DNA of 64,000 nt, taken from NCBI GenBank assembly GCA_001643675.2, contig LSRY02000010.1:620001-684000 (forward strand). Reading direction: 5' to 3'. Positions 59,687-64,000 of this stretch are shown piece after piece (the stretch's first letter is position 1; each line of letters opens with the position of its first letter). The notes below the pieces were generated by a model. It had not been told where the DNA came from. It did no database searches and saw nothing but the letters and a program-made list of their open reading frames with translations. Both the position numbers and the translations under genes were made by a program. The DNA is from Monocercomonoides exilis PA203 (lineage: Eukaryota > Protista > Preaxostyla).

Positions 59687-62600
59687 ATGAGTTATCAGCC
59701 TTCATTCGCCATTAAACAATTATGCCATTCTTCTTGTACAGAATTTTGCATCTCAGGTCATTTGATCTCAGAAACAGAGGACAATATTGTTGTTGTGAAA
59801 CAATCACTTTTAGAAGTTTATGCCCTTAAAACTCCTAATGCTAGATTGAGCCATTACGAAAACTCTAAAGGAGATTTATTGATGTTACGTTTTTCAATGA
59901 AGATTCATGGCGAAATAGAAGGTTTAAATGTGATAAAAATTCCAGGAGAACATTTGGACTCAATTCTTATTTCATTTCGCATCGCAAGAGTTTGCTTGAG
60001 ATTTTAGTTTATTTTTATAATTTAATTCTTGGCTTTTCAACGTTTTGCATTTCTTGAATAACCAATATTTGACAGCTTTCAATCATTCACTTTGATAGTT
60101 CATCATATTCTTTTGTTACGCGAGGCATATATACACTTGAGGATGAATTTTTTTTGGGAGGACTTGCGTCAGCACCATTGTTTCCACCTCCTCACATCGT
60201 TGTTGAAGATTTTGGACGATGTGCTGCTTTTCCTTGCTATTCAAATTGCATTGCTGTTTTTCCTTTCACAAAACGAGGTTCATGGCTAGATTTCGAGACT
60301 ATTTTTCAAGAAACATCGAATGATAGGAAATTTATGTTAGATCGAATTGATGATTCAGAAATAAGCCTTTCAAAATTTGAATGCAATCCCTATTTGCTTC
60401 CGCTTCAACTTATTGTACCGCACATTGAGGTTCACAAAATTATATCAGTATCATTTATGAAACAGATGGCCGTGCCTACATTAGCGGTGTTGTGCGAAAG
60501 AGCTGACACATGGGAGGGAGCACTTTCGCTGAAAAATTGTTTAAATCATCTGTTTGTTATTGCACTTCCACCAACACCTTCATTCATACCAACGCCTTTT
60601 AAAAACACAACGTCTTCTCACTTATCCACGTCATCTTCTTCATTACCCGATTCAATGAATGACCCGTTACTCGATCAGCATATTTCATATTTCCGCAACT
60701 GTCCAGGAAACCTGATGCCAAGCATCCCTTTAGCAGTCGGCGCAAGTCATCCAATTTATCTTTCACTGTGTTCTTCAATCAGAAAGCGCGCTTCTCAGTT
60801 CGAAGACCAACTTCGGACGACAACAAGAGGAGGAGGAGTTGTTAGAAGGAGCAAAGAGCAAGTGAGCTCAATGGACGAGACAGAGATGCTGAGAGAGGAA
60901 GGCAACGCTTCCGAGTTCAGCTTGTTTAGACAGCCAGAAAACGAGGAAGACTTTTTGGACGGGATGAGCAGAATCACAGAGAGCCCTGCGAATGTTGGTA
61001 CTGTCGAAGACGATGGGATGACATTTGCACAGGCACTGAGAATAAACAAAGAGCTGAAGAAATCTCGTTTTGAACTCCCTCCGAAGGGCAGTGCTACCGA
61101 AAAAGCAGACACAGCTGCTCGCTTCCATCTGTTCACCCAGAATCTTTTGCTTTCACACGAACAAGCAGAAACACCCGATGACCTGACACCATCGACGCTG
61201 CTGCTTGCAAGCTCTGCCTCTTCTTCATCATCATCTTCATCTTCTGAATTGACTTCAACTAAGCAATCGCTGATAAATTCACAAGAACAAGACTCGTCAG
61301 TGTCACTTCTCAACTCTTCTCTATCTTTCCTTTCGCTTCTTCCTTCGTCTTCTTCAACACCATCATTCATGCCATCTTCATCTAACTCTTCACCGTCTTC
61401 CTCAAACACTTCTTCTTCTTCTTCCACATCATCAAATGTATCATCAAATGCATCCTCCATATCTTCATATCCCTCATCATCTCTATCTTCATCTTCTCAT
61501 TCACCCCCCTCCTCCTCCTCATCTTCTTCTTCCTTTTCCTCCTCTGTCCTCCCACCCGCACCTGTCTCTTTTGCTCACATCGTCTGGCAAGCCGGCTCGC
61601 TCCCCTCAGACTCCACACGCGTCGTTTCGTGTGCTCCTCCGTTTGGCGGAGTGCTTCTTTTCACAAACAGCGCTGTGCTCCACGTGACAGCAGCATCGCG
61701 CACAGCGGTTGCTGCGAATGCCTGGGCAGATGTCATATTGGAGGAGTCAGAGGAGCAGAAGTCTGCATCAGCAGTGGAGCTGAGGAAGAGCCAGAAGCAG
61801 GGCGCAATGCTGTCTTCTTCATTATCTTCTTCTTCTTCTTCTTCTACTGCTTCTGCCGATGGATTTGGATACACAAAAGAAAGAGATGACGGATTTGAAG
61901 ACATCGACGATCTGCTTACAGTCGACGAGGAATGGGATGCGTTGAATGACGATGCAACAGTGCAGAACAAAGATTTCAAACAGAACGAGAAGTATTTGGA
62001 CAGCCTCACCAACACATCAACAACAACGACAACACCAATGACAATGCAGACATATTCGGGATATTCATCAACATCTTCTTCTTCTTCATCGTCTTCTCGA
62101 AACATCACACCACAAACAAAGCAACAGCTCGCTCTTCTTTGCACCACACATCATCAGCGCTGCGATCGTGTGGCGTGTCTCGAAGTGCATCTGCAGCTGA
62201 TGCGGGGCAAGTTGAGCTCATCCACACAGGACGAGCGAGAAAGACAGCGCAAAATAGACAGAACAATGCAGCGCCTGATGTCAGGTATTCCTCGCTCCTT
62301 CACGTTCTGCAATGTGTCACACAGAGGAAAAGTGTTCTTCCCACTCAGTGCGGTTTCCAAGCTGCAGATGAAGGCGAACAGATTTGACAGAAAAAGAGGC
62401 GGAATGGCGTTTGAAGAGGACGAGGAAGATGAGATGGAGCAGGCGCTGTCGTTTCCAGGGAAGATGAAGCTGAACAGAAGATTGAACTCTTCTTCTGCTG
62501 CTTCTGCTTCATCAGCACACGATGGATCTTCCGCAGCTTCTAAACTGTTTTCATCATCACAGTCATCATCATCTGTGGTTGTACCCTCAGAATCGTCTGC

Positions 62601-64000
62601 TTCATCCATCATCACGGACAACTCAACACTTTCACAGGAGTCGGTGTCTGCCGTGCTGAGGCAGCGCGAACGGGCATTTCGCATCCCAATCTCGTTGGGA
62701 GGAGCTTATGTTGCTCCGTTTGATGCCTCACATTATGTACTTTGTCTGAGAGATGGCTTGATTGTCGTGCTGACATTGAATGACACGAACTATCAAGAAG
62801 AGAGCTATTCATCATTTGCCTCTTCCTCTTCTTCAATGCTGGCTGCCAGGAACAATTCCAACAGACCTGCCGACAAAGGGCAGTGCGGACCAAACGGAAT
62901 GATGATGAAACTGTCTGTTGTTGGCGAGTGTGTTCATCCGTCGTGTGTTTGCGTGATCGATCCAAACAAACACTGCAAGCCAGATTGGAACGATTGGATG
63001 GAAAACGACTCGTTCTCTTCTTCGCTCGCTGGCGGATCATCATCAGCCGCGTCTGCAGATCTTTCTTCTCTTTCCTCTTTTTCATCTTCGTTGCATCGAT
63101 ATCTATTTGTTGGCTCGCATTCCTCTGACTCGGTGCTTCTGCGAGCTGAAATGCCTCGTTTGACAGAAGAACAGAAGATGCTCAGCAATCTTCTCTTCCC
63201 ATCGTCTTCATTGGCTCCGCTCCGTCTCACATATGTCGATTCTCTCCCGTCATTTGGCTCAGTAAACTCGACAATTATCGTCCCCAGCACATCCACAACT
63301 CTTCCTCTGTCTTTCCTAAAGGCTCCAACCTCCATCAACACACACATAAACATGGAGCTTTCTTCCGCGCTGCTTCATTCTCCCACAAAAATAGCGTCTT
63401 CACTTCCGCCTCTTACATCACCATTAGTGTCTGTGCATCACGGATTCGCTCGTGTTTACTTCGACTGGCTGCCTTCTCTGAAGAGAGAGGCAGACAAACT
63501 CAAATCGCTCACATATCAACTGCGAAGAGAGCAAAGGAGTGGAGCAACGCCTGAATCTTCTTCGTTCTATTCCGCGTTTCAGTCTTTGCCTCCGTTCTCG
63601 ACCATTCTTCCTTCTCCGTCAACTCCTTTTGCTTCAACGTCCTTCTTTAGACAGTCCCTTCCTTCAGTGTATGCATGTGTTGGATACGGTGCAGAAGGGG
63701 CGTTGGTTCATTTGACTCAGACACTTCCATTGGAAGTTATGTTGACTGCTCCAATGCTCACAATAAAAGCAGCATCTTCTTCTGCATCCAAGTTGAATCA
63801 GAACAAAGCGCATCAATTGGGAATAATCCAACAAGAATCACAGGAGGATGGAGACGAGCAGGATGATGTTGGTCTTTTCAGCCACAGATTCTGCTATCAA
63901 CTGAAAGAACAGATGGAAAGGGAAGAAGAAGTGGTGCGAGCTGACAGAGCTGAAAGCGAGGCGCTGTGGAAAAAGCGCTTGGAAGAGGAGGAGAAGCAGG
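59687..64000 (+). CDS. CPSF1: Cleavage and polyadenylation specificity factor subunit 1 (CPSF160), 5' part; exon 1 59687-59989, intron 59990-60075, exon 2 open to the window end
   Basis: NIVVVKQSLLEVY, IHGEIEGL, DSILISFRIAR/LSIIHFD, VEDFGRCAAF, PTLAVLCE..TWEG, PPFGGVLLF, IYLLGSHSSDSVLL, DSLPSFG, CVGYGAEGAL appear in CPSF1 order. Exon 2 is missing from the ORF track because it has no stop in the window. Confidence 0.88.

Overview
AT-rich eukaryotic (protist) genomic DNA in the standard genetic code, with short GT-AG introns and proteins heavily expanded by Ser/Pro/Gln/Glu-rich low-complexity tracts. The style suggests an oxymonad such as Monocercomonoides (inference only). Host genes, left to right: an unknown membrane/SR-rich protein, a 7-exon PH-like + AGC kinase, a small type-I membrane protein, FAM32A, a MINDY4-type deubiquitinase, AP-4 mu, a giant ~9,650-aa VPS13 (one 28-kb exon), a coiled-coil/SPRY-like protein, DAD1/OST2, an unknown gene and the 5' part of CPSF1. 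The most striking unannotated structure is a nested DNA-transposon complex at 46.5-54.9 kb. A TA-flanked pogo/Fot-type (DD35D) element (46745-54438) has been invaded by a second family with GGGTGA...TCACCC ends and 4-bp target duplications. That family occurs as a 5.2-kb copy carrying a decayed intron-containing host-like gene and as two ~257-bp MITE copies. One MITE sits in the transposase ORF and could be spliced out in frame (Introner-like). Fold-back MITEs occur at 9.2-10.2 kb and 54.4-54.9 kb. All coordinates and exon models were read by eye; no database searches were run.
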